Part shown: piece by piece, positions 1 to 8,427 of the stretch
Numbering within the stretch: position 1 is the stretch's first letter
How the letters are laid out: the number at the start of each line of letters is the position of its first letter
NCBI GenBank assembly: GCA_964479515.1
Contig: CAYZMR010000001.1
Span: 6,498-70,497 of the forward strand
Direction of reading: 5' to 3'
Source of the DNA: an uncultured Hyphomicrobiales bacterium
GTDB taxonomy: Bacteria; Pseudomonadota; Alphaproteobacteria; Rhizobiales; Xanthobacteraceae
Length of the DNA: 64,000 nucleotides
The notes under the pieces: generated by a model
Told to the model about the DNA's origin: nothing
Databases searched by the model: none
Seen by the model: only the letters and a program-made list of their open reading frames with translations
Position numbers and translations under genes: made by a program

Positions 1-569
1 TCATCACCACGGCGCTGCGCGACTGGGATGAGGCCGCGGAAGCCGGGTTTCACCTGCACACCGCGGTCAATACCTCGATCGGCGCGCTCGCCAATCTGCA
101 GCTTCCGGCGCTCATCCGCGAGCACCGGCCGAAGAGCGACAAATGGCCGGGCCTGATCCTCGAGATCACCGAGAGCGAAGTCGTCAAGGACGTCGCGCTG
201 ATGCACGAGATCTCGACGCAGCTTCGCATCTACGGCATCACTTTCGCGATCGATGATTTCGGGGAAGGGTTTTCCTCGTTCGCGCGCTTGCGCGAACTGC
301 CGTTCGTCGAGTTGAAGCTCGACGTGAGCTTCGTCAGGGGCTGCGGCACGGACGCCAAGAATGCCGGCATCTGCCAGGCGATCATCAATCTGGCGCATCA
401 CTTCGGCGCCGTCGCGGTGGCGGAGGGATTGGAAAACGCCGCCGACCTGCAGGCCGTCCACCGCATGGGCTGCGACATGGGACAGGGCTTTTTCCTGGCG
501 CGCCCGATGCCGAAGGCCAATTTCCTGGCGTTGCTGCGCCAGCGCGTGCTGCAAAAGCAAGCGTCGTGA
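1..569 (+). CDS. EAL-domain (c-di-GMP phosphodiesterase-like) protein, C-terminal part; 5' end outside window
   Basis: Frame 3 open from base 3. Translation contains LILEITESEVV, FAIDDFGEGFSSF and GCDMGQGFFLARP blocks typical of EAL domains. Stop at 567-569. Confidence 0.85.
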   Translation, partial: ITTALRDWDEAAEAGFHLHTAVNTSIGALANLQLPALIREHRPKSDKWPGLILEITESEVVKDVALMHEISTQLRIYGITFAIDDFGEGFSSFARLRELPFVELKLDVSFVRGCGTDAKNAGICQAIINLAHHFGAVAVAEGLENAADLQAVHRMGCDMGQGFFLARPMPKANFLALLRQRVLQKQAS

Positions 570-2227
570 CGGCCGGCTGCGCGCCGGAAACCGAGACCGG
601 AACGACAGCTCCCATGAACGACCGATCGGCCGAACTGACGATTGATCGGCCGCCGGCCTCCGTGCCGGCCGATCGTCCGGTCCCCGTCGACGCAGAGTTG
701 AAACGCGAGCGCGCGTCGGAAGCCCATCATTCGATCAACCAGCGTATCTTCGATACCTCGCAGGATTTGATCCTCGTCGTCGATCGCCACGGCACTTTCC
801 TCCGCGTGAGCCCGAGTTCCATGGCGATCCTCGGCTACCGGCCCGAGGACATGATCGGCCGCAACGCCAAGGAATTCGTCTACCGCGACGATCTCGAAAA
901 CACGCGCAACGACATGCGGCTCGCGCGCCGCGGCCAATTGCCCCGCAACTTCGAGTGCCGTTACATCCACAACGACGGCCACACCGTGATGCTGGCTTGG
1001 ACCGGCATCTGGTCGGATGCCGATGGCCAATACTTCTTCATCGGCCGCGACATGAGCGAGCGCATCGCGCTGGAAGGCCGGTTGCGCCATTCGCAGAAGA
1101 TGGAGGCGATCGGTCAGCTGACCGGCGGCATCGCCCACGACTTCAACAACATTCTCACCGTGATCATCGGCATGAGCGAGATTCTCGCCGACGCGGCCGC
1201 AGGCGATCCGAAGTTCGCGCCGATCGTCGAAGCGATCGATGAGGCCGCCACGCGCGGCGCCCAGCTCACCAAACGGATGCTCGCCTTTGCGCGCAAGCAG
1301 CCGCTGAGCCCGCGCAATCTCGATCTCAACGACATCGTCGGCCGCATGGTGACGATCCTGCGGCGGACGCTCGGCGAAGACATCGCCGTGAAGGCCGTAT
1401 TCGCCGATGGGCTGTGGCAGGCGCTCGCCGACCCCTCGCAGATCGAGGACGCGATCCTCAACCTCGCGGTCAATGCGCGCGACGCCATGCCGAAGGGCGG
1501 CCAGCTCGTCATCGAGACCGCCAACGTGCATCTCGACGAACACTATGCGGCACTCAACGTCGAGGTTCAGCCCGGCGATTACGTCGCCGTGACGGTGACG
1601 GATTCAGGGATGGGCATGTCGCCCGAGGTGGTGGAGCGCGTGTTCGAGCCGTTCTTCACGACGAAGGAGGTCGGCCGCGGTACCGGCCTCGGCTTGAGCA
1701 TGGTCTACGGCTTCATCAAGCAGTCGCGCGGGCACCTGAAGATCTACAGCGAGGTCGGCCACGGCACGAGCATCAAGCTGTATCTCCCGCGCTCGCTCTC
1801 CGCCGAGGCGGTATCCACGCTGAGCGCGGCGCCGGCGCCCGAGGCCCCGGCGGTTGGACGCGAAACGATCCTCGTCGTCGAGGACAGCGCCGCGGTACGC
1901 AAGGTCGCGGTGAACATCCTCAAGAGCCTGGGATATCGCGTCCTGGAGGCGGATGACGGCAGGTCCGCGCTCGCAATCCTGCGGGAGTTCGAGGGTATCG
2001 ACCTCCTGTTCACCGACCTGATCATGCCCAACGGGATCGATGGCCAGGACCTGCTGGTCATGGCGCGCGAAAAGCGGCCGGACCTGAAGGCCCTGTTCAC
2101 CTCGGGCTATTCGGAGCACTTCCTGAAAGGCCGCGGCGGCACCGACCAGACCGTCCCGCTGATCAGCAAGCCCTATCGCACGCAGCATCTCGCCGAGGCC
2201 GTGCGCAGGGCGCTCGACGCCGCATAG
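566..2227 (+). CDS. PAS sensor hybrid histidine kinase with C-terminal receiver domain
   Basis: 553-aa track ORF with a PAS-like N-terminus, H-box IAHDFNNILTVI, HATPase boxes (DSGMGM, GTGLGLS) and a receiver (ILVVEDS...FTDLIMP...SKP). Start is ambiguous: GTG 566 (GTGA overlap with upstream stop) or ATG 614. Confidence 0.9.
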   Translation: MTAGCAPETETGTTAPMNDRSAELTIDRPPASVPADRPVPVDAELKRERASEAHHSINQRIFDTSQDLILVVDRHGTFLRVSPSSMAILGYRPEDMIGRNAKEFVYRDDLENTRNDMRLARRGQLPRNFECRYIHNDGHTVMLAWTGIWSDADGQYFFIGRDMSERIALEGRLRHSQKMEAIGQLTGGIAHDFNNILTVIIGMSEILADAAAGDPKFAPIVEAIDEAATRGAQLTKRMLAFARKQPLSPRNLDLNDIVGRMVTILRRTLGEDIAVKAVFADGLWQALADPSQIEDAILNLAVNARDAMPKGGQLVIETANVHLDEHYAALNVEVQPGDYVAVTVTDSGMGMSPEVVERVFEPFFTTKEVGRGTGLGLSMVYGFIKQSRGHLKIYSEVGHGTSIKLYLPRSLSAEAVSTLSAAPAPEAPAVGRETILVVEDSAAVRKVAVNILKSLGYRVLEADDGRSALAILREFEGIDLLFTDLIMPNGIDGQDLLVMAREKRPDLKALFTSGYSEHFLKGRGGTDQTVPLISKPYRTQHLAEAVRRALDAA

Positions 2228-2239
2228 GCCAATAGGCTT

Positions 2240-2410
2240 TCAGAGGCTCGGCAGGCCATCCGACGGCTTGCCCGGCAGGTAATCTGGCTCGCTGCCGGGT
2301 TGTTGGCTGACGCCCGGATGGTCGACCGGATACGGCGTGCGGGGACCTTCGGGTTTTTTCTTCTCCGACGCACGGTCCTTGTCGGGCTTGGAAGCTGGAA
2401 CTGTTTTCAC
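2240..2410 (-). CDS. small Pro/Lys-rich hypothetical protein (56 aa)
   Basis: Lies inside track ORF 2240..2509. GTG at 2410 overlaps the TGA of the upstream gene (ATGTGA, 4-nt coupling). No domain recognised. Confidence 0.3.
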   Translation of the reverse strand: MKTVPASKPDKDRASEKKKPEGPRTPYPVDHPGVSQQPGSEPDYLPGKPSDGLPSL

Positions 2411-2880
2411 ATCGCCACCTTGCGATGCTCGCCGAGCTCGGGACGCGTCTTGCTGGCCGCAGCCGCCATCATCTTGATCGACGCGACGACCTTGCCGGGG
2501 CCTTCCCAAAACTCCGCGTCATTGGGCTTCACGGTGAGCAGTCGGATATTCGGATCGTCGGGCGAATCCCACCAGGCCTTCGCCGGAGTCGACCAGAGCT
2601 CTTTTATCTTCGCCTGGTCGCGCGACACCGTCGCATGTCCGGTGAGCGAGACGAAGTTCTGGCCATCCGCGAAGGCGAGGCAGACGTTGGGATTGTCCGC
2701 GATCTCGTCATCCTTGTGGCGGCGCGCGTCGCTCAGGAAATAGACCGCCTCGTCCTCGCGGCGGGCGAACGCGCCCATCGGGCGTGATCTGATCTGCTCG
2801 CCGTCGTGGGTAGTCAGCATGCAGATCGAGATTTTCTCCATCATGTCCCATACGCGCGCGGCGTCGCTTGTCGCAGCCAT
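2407..2880 (-). CDS. pyridoxamine 5'-phosphate oxidase-like / general stress protein 26 family protein
   Basis: 157-aa ORF. The pattern MMEKISICMLTT...YFLSD...NPNVCLAF...AEFWEG is typical of the FMN-binding split-barrel GSP26 family. Confidence 0.8.
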   Translation of the reverse strand: MAATSDAARVWDMMEKISICMLTTHDGEQIRSRPMGAFARREDEAVYFLSDARRHKDDEIADNPNVCLAFADGQNFVSLTGHATVSRDQAKIKELWSTPAKAWWDSPDDPNIRLLTVKPNDAEFWEGPGKVVASIKMMAAAASKTRPELGEHRKVAM

Positions 2881-3032
2881 GTTTCTTCTCCGTCCGACAT
2901 TGGGGTGATTCGCGGAACAACCCGATAACGGCTGGCCGCGACGGGTGTTCCTCGGGAGCCGCCGCGGTCGGCTTCTTGCGAAGAGGGAACCAGCTACCGA
3001 TCTAATCCCTGTTGTCGCGAGGACCTTTTCCC

Positions 3033-4148
3033 ATGCTCTGGTCAGTCAATATCGGCAGGATCGCCGGAACGGCGGTTCGCATCCACGTCACATTTCTGTT
3101 GTTCCTGATCTGGATTTTCGCCGCGAACTGGTATTCCGGCGGCCCAGCGGCTGCGTGGAGCGGCCTCGCCTTCATTCTGCTGCTGTTCCTGTGCGTGCTC
3201 GCGCACGAGTTCGGTCACATTTTCATGGCGCGGCGCTTCGGCGTCGCGACGCCGGACGTGACCCTGCTGCCGATCGGCGGCGTCGCCCGCCTCGAGCGCA
3301 TCCCTGAAAAACCCGGAGAGGAGCTGCTCGTCGCGATCGCCGGGCCCGCCGTCAACGTCGTGATCGCGCTCGTTCTCCTTCTCGCCGGCGCGAGCCTCGA
3401 CCCGCAGAGCCTTGCCGCCGTCGACAGCGCCCACATCTCGATGATCGACCGGCTTGCCGCCGTGAACCTGTTCCTCGCCCTCTTCAACATGATCCCGGCC
3501 TTCCCGATGGACGGCGGGCGCGTATTGCGCGCATTGCTGGCGATCCGCCTCGGCCATGTCCGCGCGACCGAGATCGCGGCGTCGATTGGCCAGTTCGTCG
3601 CGTTCGGTCTTGGATTTCTCGGGCTGTTCGGCAACCCGCTGCTGATCTTCATCGCGATCTTCGTCTATCTCGCGGCTTCCTCCGAGGCGCAGCTCGTCGC
3701 GATGCGCGCGATGTCGCGCGACGTGCCGGTCGCCGCCGCCATGATGACGCAATACGCGACGCTCACGGCGGACGAGCACATCGATGCCGCGGTCGAGACC
3801 TTGTTGCGCACGAGCCAAAGTGAGTTTCCAGTGCTGGACGGCGATCGCCACCTCATCGGCGTGCTCAGCCGCGCCGACATGATCCGCGCGCTCAAGCAGC
3901 TCGGGCCGGACGCGCGCGTCGCCGCAGCGATGACGACCGGCGTGCCGACCATCGGTCACCGCGATTGCCTGGAGGAGGCGATCCGCGTGCTGCAGGAGAA
4001 GCAGGCGCCCGCGGTCGGCGTTCTCGACGCGGACGGCCGCCTCGTCGGGCTCGTGACGTCGGAGACGATCGGCGAGATGCTGATGGTGCGCGACGCACTC
4101 CCCGCCGGCGTCCGGTTCGGCCCCTGGAGCCGACCCGCGGGCGCGTAG
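3033..4148 (+). CDS. site-2 protease family (M50) zinc metalloprotease with C-terminal CBS pair
   Basis: ATG 3033 inside track ORF 3012..4148. HEFGH motif, several hydrophobic helices, two CBS-like repeats (VLDGDRHLIGVLSRADM, VLDADGRLVGLVTSETI). Confidence 0.85.
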   Translation: MLWSVNIGRIAGTAVRIHVTFLLFLIWIFAANWYSGGPAAAWSGLAFILLLFLCVLAHEFGHIFMARRFGVATPDVTLLPIGGVARLERIPEKPGEELLVAIAGPAVNVVIALVLLLAGASLDPQSLAAVDSAHISMIDRLAAVNLFLALFNMIPAFPMDGGRVLRALLAIRLGHVRATEIAASIGQFVAFGLGFLGLFGNPLLIFIAIFVYLAASSEAQLVAMRAMSRDVPVAAAMMTQYATLTADEHIDAAVETLLRTSQSEFPVLDGDRHLIGVLSRADMIRALKQLGPDARVAAAMTTGVPTIGHRDCLEEAIRVLQEKQAPAVGVLDADGRLVGLVTSETIGEMLMVRDALPAGVRFGPWSRPAGA

Positions 4149-4163
4149 CCGCCGCGGAATCCA

Positions 4164-4203
4164 CAGTCATAAAGCCGTTATCCAAGCGTCGGCATCCTGT
4201 CAG
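4164..4203 (+). promoter_or_regulatory. candidate Pho box (11-bp phased 7-nt direct repeats) upstream of phoD
   Basis: CAGTCAT (4164), CCGTTAT (4175), GCGTCGG (4186) and CTGTCAG (4197) are spaced exactly 11 bp apart and resemble the CTGTCAT PhoB half-site. They lie 44-83 nt upstream of the phoD ATG. Confidence 0.4.
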
Positions 4204-4246
4204 GGCGCATCGCCATCCTCGCGGCCATCCAACGACGGAGGCCGCC

Positions 4247-5842
4247 ATGACGGTGCGTATCTGGCCCGCGCCCACCCGCCGCCGGTTGCTCGCGACCGCG
4301 GCCGCCTCAACCGCGCTCACGGGCCTCGGCGGCATCGCTAGACCTTATCTCAGCCGCGCGGCCGACCGGCCGCTTATCACCCACGGCATCCAGTCCGGCG
4401 ACGTCTCGGTTGATTCCGGCGTGGTGTGGGCGCGCGCCGACCGCCCCGCGCGCATGCTGATCGAGGTCGCGACCACCGACAGCTTCAAGGACATCCGCCG
4501 CGCCGTTTACGTGGACGCGCTGCCGGAGAGCGACTTCACCGCCAAGGCGCTGATCGAAGGCCTGCCTGCGGGACAGGACATCTTCTACCGCGTGCGCTTC
4601 CAGGATCATGCGAGCCCGACGATTCTCGGCGAGCCGATGGTCGGACGCTTCCGCACCGCGCCGGCCGACCGCCGTTCGGTCTCGTTCGTGTGGTCGGGAG
4701 ACACCATGGGACAGGGATGGGGCATCGACGAAGCGCGCGGCGGCATGCGCACCTACGCGACGATGCAGCGCAACCGGCCGGACTTCTTCATCCACTCCGG
4801 CGACACGATCTATGCCGACGGTGCGATCCAAGCCGAGCAGAAGATGCCGGACGGCGGCATCTGGAAGAGCATCGTGACCGAGGACAAGTCGAAGCCGGCA
4901 GAGACGCTGGCGGAGTTCCGCGGCAATCACAAATACAATCTGCTCGACAGGAACCTGCTGGCGTTCAACGCCGAGGTTCCGATGTTCGCGCAGTGGGACG
5001 ACCACGAGGTGACCAACAACTGGTGGCCGGGCGAGCCGCTCACCCGCGACGAGCACAAGCGCAAGAAATACGTCGATGGCAACGCGCTGGCGCTCACGGC
5101 GCGCGCGAGCCGCGCGTTCCACGAATACATGCCGATGCGCGAGCAGATCGCCGAGCCGGGCCGCGTCTACCGCAAGATCGCCTACGGGCCGCTGCTCGAC
5201 GTGTTCATGCTCGACATGCGCAGCTATCGCGGCCCGAACGGCGAGGACCTGCAGGAGACCTACGGGCCCGATGCCTACTTCCTCGGCCCGACGCAGGTGG
5301 CCTGGCTCAAGCGGGAGCTGATGGCCTCGACGGCGACCTGGAAAGTCATCGCCGCCGACATGCCGATCAGCCTGATCGTGGTCTACGACGTCGACAAGAA
5401 GTGGGGCTCCGAGGCGATCGCGCAAGGCGACGGGCCTCCGCGCGGGCGCGAGCTCGAAATCGCCGACATCCTCGCCTTCATCAAGCACGCGGGCGTGCGC
5501 AACACCGTTTGGCTGACCGCGGACGTGCACTACACGGCCGCGCATTACTACGATCCGAACAAGGCGCAGTTCCAGGATTTCGAGCCGTTCTGGGAGTTCG
5601 TGTCCGGGCCGATCCACGCCGGCACGTTCGGCCCGAACGATCTCGACAACACCTTCGGCCCGCAGATCCGTTACATGAAGGCGCCGAGCAAGGAGCAGGG
5701 ACAGAACCTGCCGCCGAGCTACGACATGCAGTTCTTCGGTCACGTCGCAATCGACGGCGCGAGCGAGGTGATGACCGTGACGCTCAAGGACTGCAACGAT
5801 ACGGCGCTGTGGTCGACCGCGCTGGAGTCGAAACTCGGCTGA
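4247..5842 (+). CDS. phoD: alkaline phosphatase D family protein (Tat-exported)
   Basis: ATG 4247 inside track ORF 3965..5842. Twin-arginine signal PTRRRLLATAAAS and PhoD-type metallophosphatase blocks (FIHSGDTIYAD, WDDHEVTNNW). Confidence 0.9.
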   Translation: MTVRIWPAPTRRRLLATAAASTALTGLGGIARPYLSRAADRPLITHGIQSGDVSVDSGVVWARADRPARMLIEVATTDSFKDIRRAVYVDALPESDFTAKALIEGLPAGQDIFYRVRFQDHASPTILGEPMVGRFRTAPADRRSVSFVWSGDTMGQGWGIDEARGGMRTYATMQRNRPDFFIHSGDTIYADGAIQAEQKMPDGGIWKSIVTEDKSKPAETLAEFRGNHKYNLLDRNLLAFNAEVPMFAQWDDHEVTNNWWPGEPLTRDEHKRKKYVDGNALALTARASRAFHEYMPMREQIAEPGRVYRKIAYGPLLDVFMLDMRSYRGPNGEDLQETYGPDAYFLGPTQVAWLKRELMASTATWKVIAADMPISLIVVYDVDKKWGSEAIAQGDGPPRGRELEIADILAFIKHAGVRNTVWLTADVHYTAAHYYDPNKAQFQDFEPFWEFVSGPIHAGTFGPNDLDNTFGPQIRYMKAPSKEQGQNLPPSYDMQFFGHVAIDGASEVMTVTLKDCNDTALWSTALESKLG

Positions 5843-5880
5843 CCGCGCCGCGCAACTCCGAGACCCCCGTCGACTTCAAC

Positions 5881-5913
5881 CCGCGAGCCCGCAAGGGCCC
5901 GCGGCTTTTTTTT
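5881..5913 (+). terminator. rho-independent terminator of phoD
   Basis: Stem ccgcgagccc / gggcccgcgg (one mismatch) with loop gcaa, followed by a T8 run. Starts 39 nt after the phoD stop. Confidence 0.6.
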
Positions 5914-5931
5914 GCGTCAGGGACCCGAAGA

Positions 5932-7614
5932 TCAGGCGGCGACTTGCTCGCCCTGTGTCTGCGGGGGCTTCGTGACCGCCATCGGTGCCGTGCGCTTCTT
6001 CGTCGAATAGTAGGACGCGTTCTGATCGCCGCGCAGCGCCTCGCGGGTGAACTGGATCAGGTGATAGCCCATGAACGCGGCCCCGAACATGCCGTCGATC
6101 TGACCATGACGCAGCGCATGCTTCGCCATCCGCCAGAATGGCTTCCGGAAATCCGACAAGAGACAGATGTAGAGCAGCACGCGGAACGCCAGCACGGCGC
6201 CGCCGCGCAGGTTGGGCCAGGTGAGCTTGCCCTTGGCCGGCGTGACCTTGCGATTGACGTAGGTCGCCTCGACCTGATGATGGAACCGCTCGAACAGCTT
6301 CTCGGGATCGTTCGCGTAGGCGATCGAACGGCGCCACATGCCGACGACCTCGTCGTGCGGGCGCAGGAACACGACATTGCTCTCGCGCGAGTCGTCGTCG
6401 AGCAGCCGGCCGTCGCGCTTGAGACGGTCCCACAACGGCGTCTTCGGCAGCGCCTGCAGCAGGTTGATCGTCAGCATCGGGATGTTGGAAAGATCGATGA
6501 AGTCCTTGAGCCGCCTCTCGGTATCCGCCGTCTCGGAATCGAGACCGAGAATGATGCCCGACGTGATCTCCAGACCGTAGCTGTTGAGAACCTTGATCGA
6601 CTCCATCATCGGAACGGCGTTGTTGTGGCCCTTCTTGATGGCGTCAAGCGCGTCGGCCTCCGGCGTTTCGATGCCGACGAACATCCCGACGAAATTCGCC
6701 TCCCGCATCAGCTCGAGGATTTCGGTCTGCTTGGCGATGTTCAGCGTCGCCTCGCAGGCGAACATTGTCGGATAGTGGTTGCGCTTCTGCCATTCGATCA
6801 GATGCGGCAACATCTCCTTGGCGGCCTTGCGATTGCCGATGAAGTTGTCGTCCACGAAGTAAAGCGTGGTCGGCGGATTCGGCTGCGCGAAGATGAAATC
6901 AAGCTCCGCGACGATCTGCTGCGGCGTCTTCATGCGCGGCTGACGGCCGTAGAGCCCGGGGATGTCGCAGAACTCGCAGGTATAGGGGCAGCCGGAGGAA
7001 AACTGCACGGTGCCGAGCAGATAGCGGCCGAACGCAACCTTTTCGTAAGCCGGGATCGGAAAGTCGGTGAGCGGCAGGCGCTGCTTGGTGTTGGCGACGA
7101 TCTGCTCGGGCGGGCGGGCCGTGCTCGCGTCGACCGCCCGGATGATCTGATCCGTGGCGTCGCCCATTTCGCCGATGTGCAGGTAGTCGTAGTCCGGATA
7201 CATCTCGGGCGAGGCCGACACCGACGGGCCGCCCAGCACCGTCACCTTGCCGGCCGCATGCGCGCGGCGCTCGATATCGCGGATCTGCTCAGCCTGGATG
7301 TGCATGCCGGTGACCAGCACCACATCGGCCCATGCGAGGTCGGCCGCGGTCGCGGGCTTGATGTTTTCGTCGATGAAGCGGACGGGCCAACTTTCCGGCA
7401 TGTAGGCGGCGATGAGCAATAGCCCTTGCGGCGGCATGAACGCTTTCACGCCGTACATCAGCTTGTAGGCGTGCTGGAACGTTCCGAACGAGGGCGTGTA
7501 TCGTGGAAAGACGCACAACACGCGCCGCTCATTCTTCACCGCCACCGGACACCGCACCGCGACCTCCGCAATCCGGCCCGCATCGTTTCGCGCTACTGGG
7601 CCACCGAAGATCAT
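5932..7614 (-). CDS. B12-binding-domain radical SAM protein with DUF4070-like C-terminal region
   Basis: In-frame ATG 7614 (alternative GTG 7545/7539) inside track ORF 5932..8409. N-terminal Rossmann-like B12-binding region (VVLVTGMHIQ), CX3CX2C = GCPYTCEFC, long helical C-terminus. Confidence 0.85.
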   Translation of the reverse strand: MIFGGPVARNDAGRIAEVAVRCPVAVKNERRVLCVFPRYTPSFGTFQHAYKLMYGVKAFMPPQGLLLIAAYMPESWPVRFIDENIKPATAADLAWADVVLVTGMHIQAEQIRDIERRAHAAGKVTVLGGPSVSASPEMYPDYDYLHIGEMGDATDQIIRAVDASTARPPEQIVANTKQRLPLTDFPIPAYEKVAFGRYLLGTVQFSSGCPYTCEFCDIPGLYGRQPRMKTPQQIVAELDFIFAQPNPPTTLYFVDDNFIGNRKAAKEMLPHLIEWQKRNHYPTMFACEATLNIAKQTEILELMREANFVGMFVGIETPEADALDAIKKGHNNAVPMMESIKVLNSYGLEITSGIILGLDSETADTERRLKDFIDLSNIPMLTINLLQALPKTPLWDRLKRDGRLLDDDSRESNVVFLRPHDEVVGMWRRSIAYANDPEKLFERFHHQVEATYVNRKVTPAKGKLTWPNLRGGAVLAFRVLLYICLLSDFRKPFWRMAKHALRHGQIDGMFGAAFMGYHLIQFTREALRGDQNASYYSTKKRTAPMAVTKPPQTQGEQVAA

Positions 7615-7704
7615 AGCCCGAAACCATGGCCGGAATTCAACGGGTATTGCGCGGCCTTCGTTGGGCGGCATAGGCTCGCGCCACAACGCGATGCTGGTGC
7701 CGGC

Positions 7705-8427
7705 TTGAACGGGTTCGCCGTCCACGCAACCTTCGACGTCCTCGCTTGGCTCGCGGCGGGCGCGGCCGGGCTGTGGGTGATGCGCTCGGGCCGCGTTGCG
7801 TTCCCGGTCCCGCAGCCGCTGCGATTCGGCTATCTCGCGGCGCTCATTTTTGGCGCCGGCCTCGGCGCCGTGCTGTTCGGCACCGCGAACCTCTGGCTGT
7901 CGGGCATGCCCGGGATCGCGCGTTCGATCGAAGGCGCGGTCGCGGGCGCGATCCTTTCGATCGAGGTCTACAAGCGCGTGGCCGGCATCACGCCGCGCAC
8001 GGGCGCGCGCTTCGCGCTGCCGTTCGCGGTCGGCGTCGCGGTCGGCCGGATCGGCTGCTTCCTCTCCGGGATGGACGACTTCACCTACGGCACGCCCACC
8101 ACGCTGCCCTGGGCGCACGACTTCGGCGACGGCATCCCGCGCCATCCGGTGCAGCTCTACGAAAGCGCCGCGATGGCGGCCTTCGCGGGCGTCTATGTCT
8201 GGCGAGTCTTGAACCGCGACCGGTTCTGGATCGACCAAGGATTCTATATCGCGCTCGCGGTCTATGGGCTGCAGCGCTTCGCCTGGGAATTCCTCAAGCC
8301 GTACGGGACGCTCGTCGGCCCGTTTACGCTGTTTCATCTGCTGTCGGCGGCGGTGTTCGCCTACGCGATCGCCATGATCGCGACCGCCCCCAAGCCAGAG
8401 AGTGTTCATGAACGCGCCTTTGCGTAA
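7705..8427 (+). CDS. prolipoprotein diacylglyceryl transferase (Lgt)-like integral membrane protein
   Basis: Inside track ORF 7426..8427. Multi-TM protein with Lgt-like blocks VGRIGCFLSG and RHPVQLYES (compare E. coli Lgt HPSQLYE). Start is uncertain: TTG 7705 keeps the first TM helix, ATG 7780 is the alternative. Confidence 0.7.
   Translation: MNGFAVHATFDVLAWLAAGAAGLWVMRSGRVAFPVPQPLRFGYLAALIFGAGLGAVLFGTANLWLSGMPGIARSIEGAVAGAILSIEVYKRVAGITPRTGARFALPFAVGVAVGRIGCFLSGMDDFTYGTPTTLPWAHDFGDGIPRHPVQLYESAAMAAFAGVYVWRVLNRDRFWIDQGFYIALAVYGLQRFAWEFLKPYGTLVGPFTLFHLLSAAVFAYAIAMIATAPKPESVHERAFA

Noticed and set aside
4426-7422. 998-aa + strand ORF running through phoD (alternative frame) and antisense to the B12 radical SAM gene
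   Set aside because: The product is Arg/Ala/Gly-rich with no domain signatures, and it crosses a terminator hairpin. The overlapping PhoD and radical SAM frames carry clear family motifs.
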